A stretch of 64,000 bases of DNA from positions 248,001-312,000 of the forward strand of contig LSRY02000008.1 of the NCBI GenBank assembly GCA_001643675.2, in the 5' to 3' direction. The DNA is from Monocercomonoides exilis PA203. Lineage: Eukaryota > Protista > Preaxostyla. Positions within the stretch are counted from its first letter, which is position 1, and each line of letters begins with the position of its first letter. A program made the position numbers and the translations under genes. The notes under the pieces are model-generated. The model searched no databases, had not been told where the DNA came from, and saw nothing but the letters and a program-made list of their open reading frames with translations. This document shows positions 40,144 through 52,362 of this stretch, piece by piece.

Positions 40144-41620
40144 AGGAGCACGCAGAAAATAATTGGAGTCCGAGCTGCAATGTATTTGCAGGAATGGGAC
40201 AACATAAAGGGAGGAAGATTAATCAGACCTGGAGCACATGCCTGCTGGAAGGTCAAAAGAGCTGAAGAAAAATAAGAGGAAAGAGACTGGGAAGATGGAG
40301 CAAAGCGAGTGAGCGAGGAACAGCGGAGGGCCTTCAGAAGTGTGCAAAAGGAGCAACTGGATTCAGGCATAATCAGCGTAAGTTCTGTGAATCAGTTCAA
40401 ATTCAGAAACAATGTGTTTTTTGTCAAAAAGAAGTCGGGAGCCTAGTGTCAGATCCTTGATTGTCGTCCCCTAAATGCGGCAATGATGATGTTGCACTTC
40501 AAGTTCAAAAGCGAGAGAACTTTTGAATACCTCATTCAGAAAGATAATTATGCAATAACGTTGGATCTGGCTCAAGCATATTGCCTCATCCCCGTGTCAC
40601 CAGAATTAAAACCGTATCTCAGTTTCAGGTCCGAAGGAACAGATTATTCATTTGAAGGAATATTATATGAATTCATGGATGCTCCGAGGATCTTCACAAA
40701 GATTATGAGGAATGTTACAAGAGCCACAAAGAAAAGATGGAATGTGAGAGCGATTGCATATCTCGACGATATGACAATACTCCACCACGACAAAGCGTAT
40801 TTGGAAATAATCAAAAGCCAAATGATGTTGTTCTTGGGAAGCTTGGGATTAATGAATCACAAAAACAAATGCCAGTTGGAACCAACGAAGAGATTCACAT
40901 ATTTGGGCTTCGACTGGGATACAGAGGAGTTCACAGCGAGATTGGGAAAAGACAAAGCCACTTCTCTTGAAGCGCTCCTCAGTCTCTGGGAGAGAAAATG
41001 TGTCGAAGCCAAACAAGTTCGTATGAAAGATTTCGCTTCACTAATTGGGAAGATAAATGCAGTTCGCTTTATCAGACAAGACGCCTCACTCCGGATGGTG
41101 GCTTTGCATCGTCTGCTCCAGAAGAATGTGAGGACATCAGGATGGAGCGGGATGATGAAGATGAATGCCTCTGTTCTGAAAAAGTTACTGGAATGGAAAT
41201 GGATTCTGAACCTGAACAAGCCTCGACAATTACAAACAGTATTTTCTCCCCAAGCGACACTCACAACGGATGCATCGGAGCTAGCTATGGGAGCGACACT
41301 TCGAAGAAACAACATGATTCTGGACTGGCGTGCAAAGTTTCGCAGAATGCTCACAGCAAATCGTCTTTTAACAGGGAACAGTTGGCTGTGTTATTGGCAC
41401 TCCACCATTTCTCACAAATAATCAGAACCAACAAAATATCTCAACTTCTCTTGAGATCGGACAACAGCTCTGTTGTCTTCAACATCAATCGGTGGAATGC
41501 GGGGAAAAATCTCAGGCCAGTTCTTCGAAAGATATGGAAGTGGAAAGAAGCAATGAAGGTGCAGATGAAAGCTCAACATCTTTCAGGGACACGGAACAGC
41601 AGAGAAGACCATTATCTCGA
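40144..41620 (+). pseudogene. DIRS reverse transcriptase + RNase H (disrupted)
   Basis: YLDD catalytic motif; in-frame TAG at ~40444 and a frameshift near 41340. Confidence 0.85.
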
Positions 41621-42060
41621 CTCGAAAGAGCGGGAGACTACACCAAAAAAGAAGAAACCTTCAAAAAAGTTATATCGCTCATCAAAGTCAGACCGACTCT
41701 CGACGCGTTCGCGGCTCATCACAATCACAAGCTGGAAAGATGGTGTAGTATAGGAAGCCCCATGCACGAAGACGGGCTGTCAGTTCCTTGGAGTCAGGAA
41801 TGTGTTTTTGCTCATCCTCCGATTCCGCTGATTCCGATGGTGATTCGGAAAGCACAGCAGGAGAGAGCTCAAGTTGTTCTTCTTCTGCCGAACTGGAAAG
41901 GCCAGAACTGGGAAGTTCTTTTGCGCCACAGCAACTTCTATAGTTGGGAGCTGAATTTCAATATCCAGGAACTGATGGAACGAACATCAATGAAGAAGAT
42001 AGGAGCATATCTTCCTCCTGGGAAGCTCAGGCTAATTCTTCTGAATCCCTCAAAAGAAAA
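41620..42060 (+). pseudogene. DIRS-associated Dam-like N6-adenine methyltransferase domain
   Basis: RPTLDAFAAHHNHKL...DGLSVPW...FAHPPIPLIPMVIRK...VVLLLPNW..QNW matches the DIRS1 MT domain pattern. Confidence 0.75.
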
Positions 42061-43000
42061 TGTCAACTGTTTTGGAAACAAGCTGTGCAGGAACGAAAGA
42101 TTTCAGAGGAGCTTGGTGAGCAATGCAGAAAAGGCGTTGCACAATCCACATGGGATGGATACCTTTTCGGATTTGCACGTTTTGCTGAACAATGGAAATT
42201 ATGCGGGCACTCAGTAATACCAGACAATCTACCAGAGTGGACTGCAAAATGTGCAGACGTGTTTTAATCCTTTAAGAATAAAGGTGTTAAAGAATCTGTG
42301 CTTCGGATGATCAGAGCAGCGGTTTTCTTTTTCTCATCGCTTGCATTCAACACAACCGAGGGAGAGATCCCAATAATAAGAACACTTTTCCGGTTGTTCA
42401 GAAGGACTAATGCTGCAAGGAAAAAGACAGAGCCTGAGATATGGAATCCAAAAAAAATTGCTTGAATACTATATTGAACTGGGGCCAAATATCGATCTAA
42501 CTTTCAAAGCACTTTCACAGAAAGTTATTTCCCTCACAATGTTTTTTTCTGCCTGTAGGTTCACTGAATTGGAAAGAATGGACATGTCCCAGTTTGGAAT
42601 TACAGAGGATGGTGTATATTTGGATACCTCCTTAAAAACATCAAATACCAGAACAGAGATCGCAGTTCACTTTCTGTCAGAAGAACCTTTCATTTGCCCA
42701 GCTTCAGCAATTTGAACGTTATGGGAAATTGTTCAAACAAAAAATTGTGGTACTTCTCATTTGTTGCTTAACACACAAACTTTTGAGCCTCTCACTGTTT
42801 TTGGAATCAGAAGGCTGGCGAAGGATGCAATGGAAGAAGTGAGCATTTCAAAAACATTCACATATTATTCTCTCAAATCGGTAACTCTGACGCGGTAACA
42901 ATGGCTGATATTCCACAGGCGCAAATTGCAAAATTCGCTCGTCTTTCACCGAGGACTAATAAGTTAGTCAAACTTGACTTCAAGAGTCGATTATCCAAAT
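42060..43000 (+). pseudogene. DIRS tyrosine recombinase (disrupted)
   Basis: STW..Y...F..F N-terminal part, KVISLTMFFSACRFTEL, ICPASAI, YSLKS; several stops and frameshifts. Confidence 0.7.
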
Positions 43001-45371
43001 CAATGGCAAACGTTATTGTTGCAGCAATGAATGAGACAACAATGGAAAGAGAAGGAAGCCACTCAGAAAATGGAGAATTTGAAAACACGAATGCAGAAGT
43101 TACAAAACAAATACATTCAGAGACTAAGTCGGAAGGCGAATCAATGGAAAGAATAGACATAGAAGTTAGGAGAATCACAAAGATCCGCTGTGAAAGACGA
43201 AAAGATCAAAACAGTTCGACTTTTCAAAAAAAAAAATCAAGTAAGATTCAGACTAGAACAACTTCAAAAAGCGAGCAGAAGGACCAGGAATCAGACACAT
43301 TCATAATAAGAACAAGAGCACAGTTACGAAGACTTGAGAAGTCAGAATATACATGAACGGCAGAAACTCAAATGGGTTGTAGAAGTCAAGCTCCAAATAA
43401 ACTATGGTCTCTCAAAAATGAAGAGAAAAAATTGAATATCTATTTTCTTTCTCCATATGAATCAAATTATTTTTTTACTCTAAATTGGCGTAGATCAAAA
43501 AAAATTATTTAACATCAATCATATTCAACAATGAACTAAATAAACAGATTAATATTTTAAATTCGACTGGAATGCACTCAAATATGCTTTGAACATATTC
43601 AATTTAACCTGACATTAATTTGTAAAGAGCATTTTTTGATCAATGAAAAATAATTTTGATATTAAATAAAATTAAGCAATTTATGCAACAGTATTAAACC
43701 CTTACAAGTTGATTTTGGATAAAACCCTAACATTAATACTGTGATAAAAAAAGCGAACAAATAAAAACCCTAAAAAAAAACTCATTTATTTTTTTTAAAA
43801 TTGAACAGGATTTAGAATTTTCAAGATAATTGAAAATAACTTATTATACAGTTTCCGCACATAATAGGCAGAAAAAACTTATGTGCACAATGTGGAATCA
43901 TGATAGCTGTGACATATGACAATTTTGTGACCGGTCGTATCTTGTTCATTAACCGAAAGTGAAGATGGAGAAAGAGAAGAAGAGGAAAAAAAAAAAGTGG
44001 AGGTGGAGGAGGAAGGGTTGGAGACGAGGAAAAAGAGGAAAAAGAGGAAAAAGAGGAAGAAGAAGATGAATGTGATGATTTTGAAGCATTCGGATTGATG
44101 AAACGAGATGAAAACATGTCCATTCTCGAAAGAAAGATAAGATTCTTATTGCAGTTGGAAAATGGCAAGGGAGAAATGAAATCTTTTTTATGTTCTTGTT
44201 TTTCGGATTTGGAGGTTATTATGAGAGAAGATGAAGAAGATTGTGAATTCAACGAATGATTGACAATTGAATGTTATTCAAGAATATTTTTTTCATTCGA
44301 TTTTTCATCATCTTTTCCTTCTCCACCTTCTTTTCCTTTCTCTTCTTCTTCTTCCACTTTATTTCCTTCCTCCAATTCATATTCTCATTATCCTCCTCTT
44401 CCTCGTTCTGAATCAATTCCACAACCTGTGTCTTCCAAGCATTCGACTTCACAAACACATAGCCCCCACAATTTATATGCTAATTTGTTAAGTTCATCTC
44501 CCAATCATCAAATAAACACAACAAAAATTGATGATTCTTTCTCTTCTTCCTCTTCTTTTTTCTCTTCCTCTTCTTTCTCTTTCTCTTTCTCTTCCTCTTC
44601 CTCTTCCTCTTCCTCTTCTTCTTCCTCCTCTTCTTCCTCTTCTTCCTCTTCTTCCTCTTCCTCCTCTTCCTCCTCAAACAACAGCAACTTCAGCAGTCAT
44701 ACCACATTTCGTGCTTCCAAATGCAATTGAGGTGCCAAATTTCCCACAAAACAGTACTTCCTCCTCCTCTTCACCTTCATCATCTTCTTTTATTTCTGCG
44801 TCTCCTTCTTCCCAGTGAGATAATTTGTCAACCTGGTTTTAATCTTAACTGAATCGAATTCTCCGAGTGTTTTTTTTCCATTCATTCTTCAACATTGGAC
44901 AAAAGAAATCATGAACAACCCTTCTCACTCCTCCACTTTTTGAGGGCTTTGATATCAGAATGTATCTCCCAACATCTGTTATTGACAGACGCTCCAAATG
45001 GAAATGATTAGAAAACAGGTAATTGTTACAGAAGATTTATGACAAAGACACCAAATGCGAACGCGAAAAAAGAAGCAAAAGAAGCGAAAGAGAATATAAA
45101 TTTGTGTATCAACTCTGTTTTTTCTTCATTCAATTGCTTGAATAATCTGAATGAAATTGCGTGGTGAGTCGAGGTTGAACCTTGAATAATGCATTTCATT
45201 ATATGATTTTGGAATTCTTCTTTTCTTTCTTTTTTAATTGCTTTGTTTCTTTTCGAAGCTATGAAAAATATTCTTTTTTTTTTTTTTTTAAATGCTCTCT
45301 TGTTTTCTCTTTTGTGAAATGGTAAAAAAATAAAAATAAAAAATTTGTGTCAAAAAATGTGAAGCATTTCC

Positions 45372-46788
45372 TCAAGCCTTTAAAATAAGGTGCAAAACAA
45401 TCACAATTAATTGAGTATAAATTTGTCTGTTTCGATTATTGAATATATCATGAATGCTTATGACAATATCTTCAAATCCTTCTTCTTCTAGTTTTTCAAG
45501 CATTTTCATTTTCGTTGCCTTTCTTTTCGCTTCTTCCATTTCATATCTCTCTTCTTCTTTCAATCGATATGAAACATTCGAAAAGAATTGCAAGCTTTCA
45601 AATGCAATTTTGCCATCCACTGTTCGTCGCTGCATCTCCTCCAAAACAGCATCAACAGCTCCTCCTTTCAACAAATCTTCAACTTTCATAAATCTATTTT
45701 GTGTTGCATTTCTCAAGGAATAAATGCACTTGTCACTAATTTCTATGTGATTATCCTTCGCTGCTCGATATACCTGAACAATTCTGCAAAAAAGGCAAAC
45801 ATATTCTTCATTCTGCAATGAACAATAGCGAAAATAAATCTTCAATGTTTCGACCCATCTCATCAATGTAAGTTCTTCTTTCGCTTCTTCTTTGCTCATT
45901 TCCTCTTCTTTCTTCTTCCAATTCACGCACTTTGTCAGCTCTTCCAGTTCTCTTGTTGCCTCCTTTACAAAATGAATTTCATTCATAACAGCATGGTCAA
46001 TGATATAATTGAACAATAATCGGTCTATAATAAACTGCCAAGCCGACTGATAGGCAAGTTTTGTAAGATTTCTGTGCTTCTGCTGATGTTTGATGATTTC
46101 TGTAATTTCCTTCAAATATAGTTCTTGTTTCACTTTCTAATCAGAAATAAATGGAGGAAAAAGCAAACACAATAAAAATGAAATAGAAGTGCCCATACGC
46201 TACATCCCATTTCGCTCAAAACCAGCAACGCTATTTCCACTTCTTTTTGCGTTTCTTCGCTTTCCTCTTTCTTTGAGACAGCTTTCAGAAGGCAAGGCAC
46301 ACAAATTGATATCAATTCGTCTGAAATAAAGTAGAAATTTAACAAAGAGAAGCATTCGCAAAGATCAACCAAAAGACTTTCGTTCTTTCCCTCTTTTTTC
46401 TCTTCTTCTTCAATGATCATTTTCTTAAATCTTTCGTTCAATAAAGATTCACAAAATGCATGATCATAAATGCGTTTCATCGCACAGCAATATCCAACAT
46501 TCTTCAAAAACAAAATTGCATTTTCCAAAGAAAAGTTCTTTTTTTCAATCATTTTGTCAATTGTGTTGAACATCTCTTTTGTGAAAACTAGTTTTTGTTT
46601 ATTTCTGTCCATTTCATCCATCAATTCATTCAGTTCTTCGATTTTATGTTTTTGCTCTTCCGCATTGCAACATTCCATTTCAGAAAACAATTCTTTAAAA
46701 AAATAAACAAAAAATGTAACCTCCAGCAATTCAAATGCAACAACGAGGACAAACCATTAAATCTTTCAGTTGCACTCGTTGTCTGCAT
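45372..46788 (-). CDS. ELEDC-family paralogue, 3 exons (46788-46755, 46692-46199, 46136-45372), ~430 aa
   Basis: 34-nt first exon (MQTTSATERFN), gtttgt/gtatgg donors, same motifs; 1293 nt in frame. Confidence 0.8.
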
Positions 46789-47950
46789 TTTTGAAGCATA
46801 TTACATTCAGAATACAACGTAGTTTTGCCATTCACATTGAATTCGCATTTGTTTAAAAAGAAGAAATAGATGAAAAATAAAAACTCAAAAGAGTCATATA
46901 AATATGTGTTTATACCGTTTTTTCTTTTGTTGACATTCTGGTCAAGAATTTAAAAGAAATGAAAAGCAATGCTTTATCCTATTTTCTTTATTTATTATGG
47001 ATTAAATGATCATTTTGTTTTATTATCGAAATTTGCTATTGGAAAGATGAGAGACCAGCGAACGAATATTTTCTGCAGAACGGGCGATATTATTTTGTGT
47101 GGTGGTACGAAACAGAGAAGACGGGGAATTGATGATGGAATTGGGCGAGATGATTTTTATGAAAATTATCTTTGAAGGAAATACAGCGATGTGGCCTTAT
47201 CAGAGTGCAAGAATATGACAAAATATATAAATAGTCATTTCTTTGTCTTTTTGAGGAGAACATCAGAAGAGAGCTGGACAGAGAAAGTCAATCATCAGAT
47301 AAGAGTTGCATATTTTTTTTGTATTCAATTGAAATAGGGGTTAAAAAGAATTGAATTGAAAAGCATTTGGATGAGAGTGAAAAGGAATAACAACAATAGG
47401 ATGGCTCTTGAAGAGGAAAAATGAAGAGATATTTTTTCTGACAAAGAAAGTGGAAGACAACATTAAAAGTTGGACATTTATGTGGGAAAAAAGGATTATG
47501 AAGAAAGGAGCTCTGTGAAACAATGGAAAAGGAGATGGAAAGCATCGGCGATTGGACAATCCTATGCATTTGCAATAGGAAGAGCAGGTGTGTTCTTTAG
47601 AAGAATTTTTATAATTTAAGCAAAACTAATTATTTTTATGTATTTTTGAATTCATTTTTATATTCCGACCAACAGCATTTTTTATGTTGAGCGCTATTGC
47701 CAGGAACAATTAATTTTAAGTTGCATTTTTGCTGATTATATGGTTTCTTCTCACTCTCCTTCGTTATCTTCATTGACGAGGTTTTTTTTATTTGGCTAAT
47801 ATGAAGAGCACCTTCTTCGTTATTGAGAACTTATTGACCATCAAATTCTCATGTTGCAACACGGAATAATTCTTCCATTTGTTGTTGCTGATGTTGGCTG
47901 ATATGAAATTCGAATCTGTCCGTTTTGACTTCATTTTCTTCAATTGAGTC

Positions 47951-50650
47951 TTGTTCGCCTTTGTCGCTCAGCTCGTCCAAAGAGCATCGTCGAACTCATT
48001 TCATTCCATTTCTCTTTTTGATTCTGTTTCTTCTTCTTCTTTTTCTTCTTCTTCTTCTTCTCCTCTTTTTCAATCATCTCACACAAATTCCTCTTCACTT
48101 CAGTTTTCATCAGAGCTTCCACATTTACTTTCACAAACACAAACATCTTTTTCTTCTTCTTCTTCTTCAACACAATCACCAATCCAATTTGCATCTACCA
48201 ATCCATTCAATTCAATAGCTTCATCAACTTATTCATCTTCTTCTCCATCTTCTTCCTCTTCCTCCTCTTCCTCCTCTTCCTCCTCTTCCTCCTCTTCCTC
48301 CTCTTCCTCCTCTTCCTCCTCTTCCTCCTCTTCCTCCTCTTCCTCCTCTTCAGCTTCTGGCAGCGCTGACGCTTTCCTCTCAGTCTGACCAGCTCTTCTT
48401 CGACGCCGCCATGTTTGTGAAGGAAGTGCTGAGGGAAATGCGGATGAGGAGAGCGGCGAAGGGGATGCTGAGGAGAAGAGGGAAAGAGGGAGGAAGAGAG
48501 GGAAGAGAAGGAAAAGAGAAAGAGAAAGAGGAGGAGGAAGGAGAGAAGAAGAAGGGGAAGATGAAGTTGGATGAAGAAAGAGGAGGAATTAATATGGAAG
48601 GAGGGCTGTTTGGTGTTCGAACAGAAGAAGAAAATGAAGCTGAAGAGGACAATTTGAGAATGGATGAGGGAAAAAGAGAAAAAGAAGAAAAAGAAGGAAA
48701 GAAGAGAAGAGAAGATGGAATGGAAGAAGATGAAGAAGAAAGCAAAGAAAGCAAAGAAAACAACACAAAAAGAGGAGAAAGTCCTCTTTTTAGGCCGATA
48801 GACGAAAATGTGTTTGAGAATGAAAGCGAAAATGAACATGAAAATGGAATGAATTTTGGGCAGAATGAAGAGAAAACAGGAAAAGCAGGAGAAAGAAGAG
48901 GGGATGAGATGAAAGGGAGGATGGATAAAGAAGAGGAAGAAGATGAAGGTGAAAAGGAGGAAGAGGAAGAGGAAGAAGAAGAAGAAGAAGAAGAAGAAGA
49001 AGCAAAAAGGAGTGAAGAAGAAAGGATCAGAAGAAGAGAGCAGAAGATGGAGAATGAAGGAACGAAGAGCGACGAGCTGCCCACAGAAAAGGCAGTCATC
49101 GAGTGCTGTCTGCAAATACTCGCCAACATCAACGAGAATCCGAACAATAACAAGTTCTTCATCGATCCTGTGCTCCTTGGGCTGGTTGTGGAATTGATGA
49201 GGTTTGCCTTATCTATTTTTCTTTCTATTTATTTGATCAATTTGATTATATTCTTTTTGAACTTTCATTTACATATTCTTCAAATATTAATTATAATATG
49301 AATGACATTTCAAATGAAATGATCATCCCTTTCATTCAAAGTGATTCTGTGTCTGTTCTGCGAGTGATGGCGTTCCGCTTCTTTGTGAACTTCTCGTGTG
49401 GCAGCGACAAAGACATCCAGCGTCTGCTGCTGCAGCCCTCTTTCTTCGACGTCTTCGCCTCGCACTTGTCCTCCTCCTCGTCCTGTCTGCGCCACGAGGC
49501 AGCGCTCCTCGCCTGCAACATCGGCGCCGGCACCTCCTCCCAGGCATGCACCCTCCTCCGGCCGAGGTGTGTCTTCGCCCTCTGCCACATCTCCCAGGCA
49601 GACACACACAGCGCCCAGTGCCACGCGCTGAGGGCACTGAGGAACATGGGGTTGCTGGGGAAGGAGGTGGAGGGGGTGATTGTGGAGGCTGGGTGTGTCG
49701 AGGCAGTCGCGCAGATTCTGAAGAGAGGGAGGTATCGGAGTGTGGTGTGAGAGGCGATGGACCTGTTGTGGGTGCTGCTGGGGCAGTGGGAAAAGAAGGA
49801 TAATGAAGAAGAGAAAGAGGATGGAGAGGAAGAAGGAGAAGAAGGAGAAAAAGAAGATGGATATGACAATTATGCAACAAAAAGTGCGTTCGATGGCAAT
49901 TGGCAAGTGGCAGAGAAGCCGATGGGAATGTTGGGGGCGAGTGGGAAGCAGCCAGATCCTTCGTTTTTTGAGATGATTGAAACATCTTCTTCTTCCATTT
50001 TCTCTCAAAATGTGCCAATTTACCAGACGCTGGATGCATTTCGCTCGACTCTTTCGGAGTCTTCGCATGAAACAAGTGAAAATACAAGTCATTCCTTTTC
50101 ATCATCATCATCATCATCAGTTGGCTCATTGCCTTATCATTACTCTTCGCCATGCAACATGAATGCACGAAATTCTTCATTCACCTCTCCTTCTCCTTCT
50201 CCTCTCCTTCTCCTCCTTCATCATCATCATCTTCTTCTTATCAACATTCAACATCACTCATTTCACCCAACTCATGTTTTCCTTCCTCAGAACCAGTTCT
50301 CTTCACAATCAACCACAATTTCATCTACATCCTATCCAATTGCAAGCCCATCCACAAACACTCTCTTTTCTTCTTCTTCTTCTTCTTCTTCTTCCTCCTC
50401 CTCCTCCTCTCCTTATTTTCCAGCCACTTTATCTCAATCGCAGGGTTTCAGCAGCCAATTTGCCAGCAGCTCTTCCACAGCCACACGGCTGCCTCCATCT
50501 TCCCTTCCAACGCCTCGTGTTTCTGAGCTCCAGTCGCCTTTCAGCTTCGACTCTTCACTCTATCTGAAGCACAAAACTCCTTCAGGGCTGGCTCCGCTTT
50601 CTTCACCACCTTATCCGTCCTTAACAGTTCTTGTGAAACATTCTGTTTGA
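47951..50650 (+). pseudogene. Importin-alpha-like armadillo-repeat gene with low-complexity inserts, interrupted
   Basis: AFRFFVNFSCGSD..IQ.LL, LRHEAALLACNIGAGT..Q and IVEAGCVEAVAQIL match importin-alpha ARM repeats. Intron after ~49201; in-frame TGA at 49748-49750; frame break near 48360. Confidence 0.6.
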
Positions 50651-52362
50651 TGTTGGCATCGTTTGCGATTGCTGTTTTGAGTTTTGGACTGATAATTGAC
50701 TTCTTGTTTGTTGATTTTTTTATGATGTTTTTTTTTCTCCAAACCTTTTGTCAAATGACAATGTTAAAGTGATGAAAAAAAGGTCTATGAAAAAAGAGCT
50801 TCAACGTTGACTTGTGTTCTTTGGTGATGCGTTTGACGAAAAATACTAAAATAATCAACTTGCGTGTAAAAAATAAAAAGCTGTTATTGACAAATCCGAA
50901 TAACCAATTAAATAAAGGAAATAACAAATGCAAATAACTAAAAGAGTCAAATACAAACATTCTGCTTTGCTTTCTTTTATTTTCCAAACAATAATAACAT
51001 AATTTGTGAAAGATTTTTCATTCAAATTGCGATATCCTCTCACTCCGATTGAAAGAATAATGTTTGACTCTCTAAACTTGAATGCATTCGCTGAACCTTC
51101 TTCAGCGGATAAGATGTTCAGAAGATTGTGATTGATCCATTTATTTTTCTCCTTTCTTCAATGGCATTTCCATTGTGACCATCTTAAACAGTTCATGAGT
51201 CTTCTTCATGGAATCATTCACGCTCTCTCCTCGAGGTTTTCTTCTCTTCATCTGTTCGCATTCTTCCGCAATTCGAAAGAGACAGTTTTCAATCGGAACT
51301 CTGATTTTTGTCATTCAGATATGTTTGAAGAGAATTTCTCACACTTCAATAAATGAGTTTTCAACAACACCAATGGAGTCTATTTCACAAAAGGATTTCC
51401 TTTTTATAATAATCAATTTTATTTTTTCCACACATATTATTGTGTAATGTGATTTGTTAATGCGATATAAAAATGAATATTTTTTCAAAGCTTTTTTTTT
51501 TATAAATCATTAATGTGACACTGACAGATGTTTGTTATGTCTTTCTCAGAAATTGTGACTTCGTGTGAAATCAAATGAAACATCTGAACGTCAAAGTTCA
51601 TGTTGTCTTTGTGAATATTCTGTGTATTTTGCAAGACAGCAACGAAACACTCTCAATTCCAAAAAATGAACAAACTTGAGCCAATAATTAACTGAATCGC
51701 AACTGTTGAATCTGATCAAAATGGCTGCAACAAAATCGTCAAAGCACAACAACCGAAAATAACAGTTCTCTCAACTCCAAATCACAGAAATGCTCATTTC
51801 ATTTTCAAAATGCCAAAGTGTGTTTTCGGTCACATTTGCAAATTGGAAAAAAAAGAAAGAAAGAAAATAAGATGATTTGAATTGAGATTTTCTTTCATTG
51901 TTTACAAAATCAAATAAAAATTGAAAAGATATATTTTGAAAAATCAACAAAAATAAAAACTTTGAAGTGAACAGCTTCAATTGTTCTGCTGAAATGAAAA
52001 AACAATCGAAAGCAAATCGAAAGGACATCAAAATGAGATATCTTTGAAGCACGTCCAACCATCTGCCAATAGAACAAAACCAACTTCAAAGAAAGAGAGA
52101 AGAAAGAAAGAAAAGTCATGAATTAAGAAATGTTGCTAAACAGCCTTAATTTGCACACATGCAAATCAGTCGGTTCGTTTGTTTAATGCTTCAGAAATAA
52201 TATCTTCAATGCAAATGATTCAATCACTCTTGCGGTATTATCAGCCTTCTTCCATTTCTGGTGCATCTAATTCAACTCTCGCCCTCTCGCCTTCGTCTTC
52301 AGCTGAAATGCATTGTTTCATTCGTGATGGCAATGGATCTCACTTCAACCAATAAATCTGCA

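Larger units (their letters stand above)
39172..43437 (+). mobile_element. Decayed DIRS-type tyrosine-recombinase retrotransposon (gag-like, RT, RNase H, Dam-like MTase, YR) with inverted termini
   Basis: RT motifs FFVKKK..ILDCRPLN, TLDLAQAY, YLDD and FTYLG. RNase H motifs TTDAS, NREQLAV and RSDNSS. MTase motifs DAFA...AHPPI. YR motif ACRFTEL. 30-bp inverted repeat 39172-39201 / 43408-43437 (27/30). Multiple stops and frameshifts. Confidence 0.9.

Noticed and set aside
40144-41421. RT as a diversity-generating retroelement acting on the repeat genes
   Set aside because: The RT sits in a canonical DIRS domain order and is disrupted. I saw no template/variable repeat pair with adenine-specific differences.
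39584-42720. TAA/TAG reassigned to Gln (as in some oxymonads) to explain the stops
   Set aside because: Intact genes end in TAA/TAG and long ORFs lack them internally. The element also has frameshifts and TGA stops.
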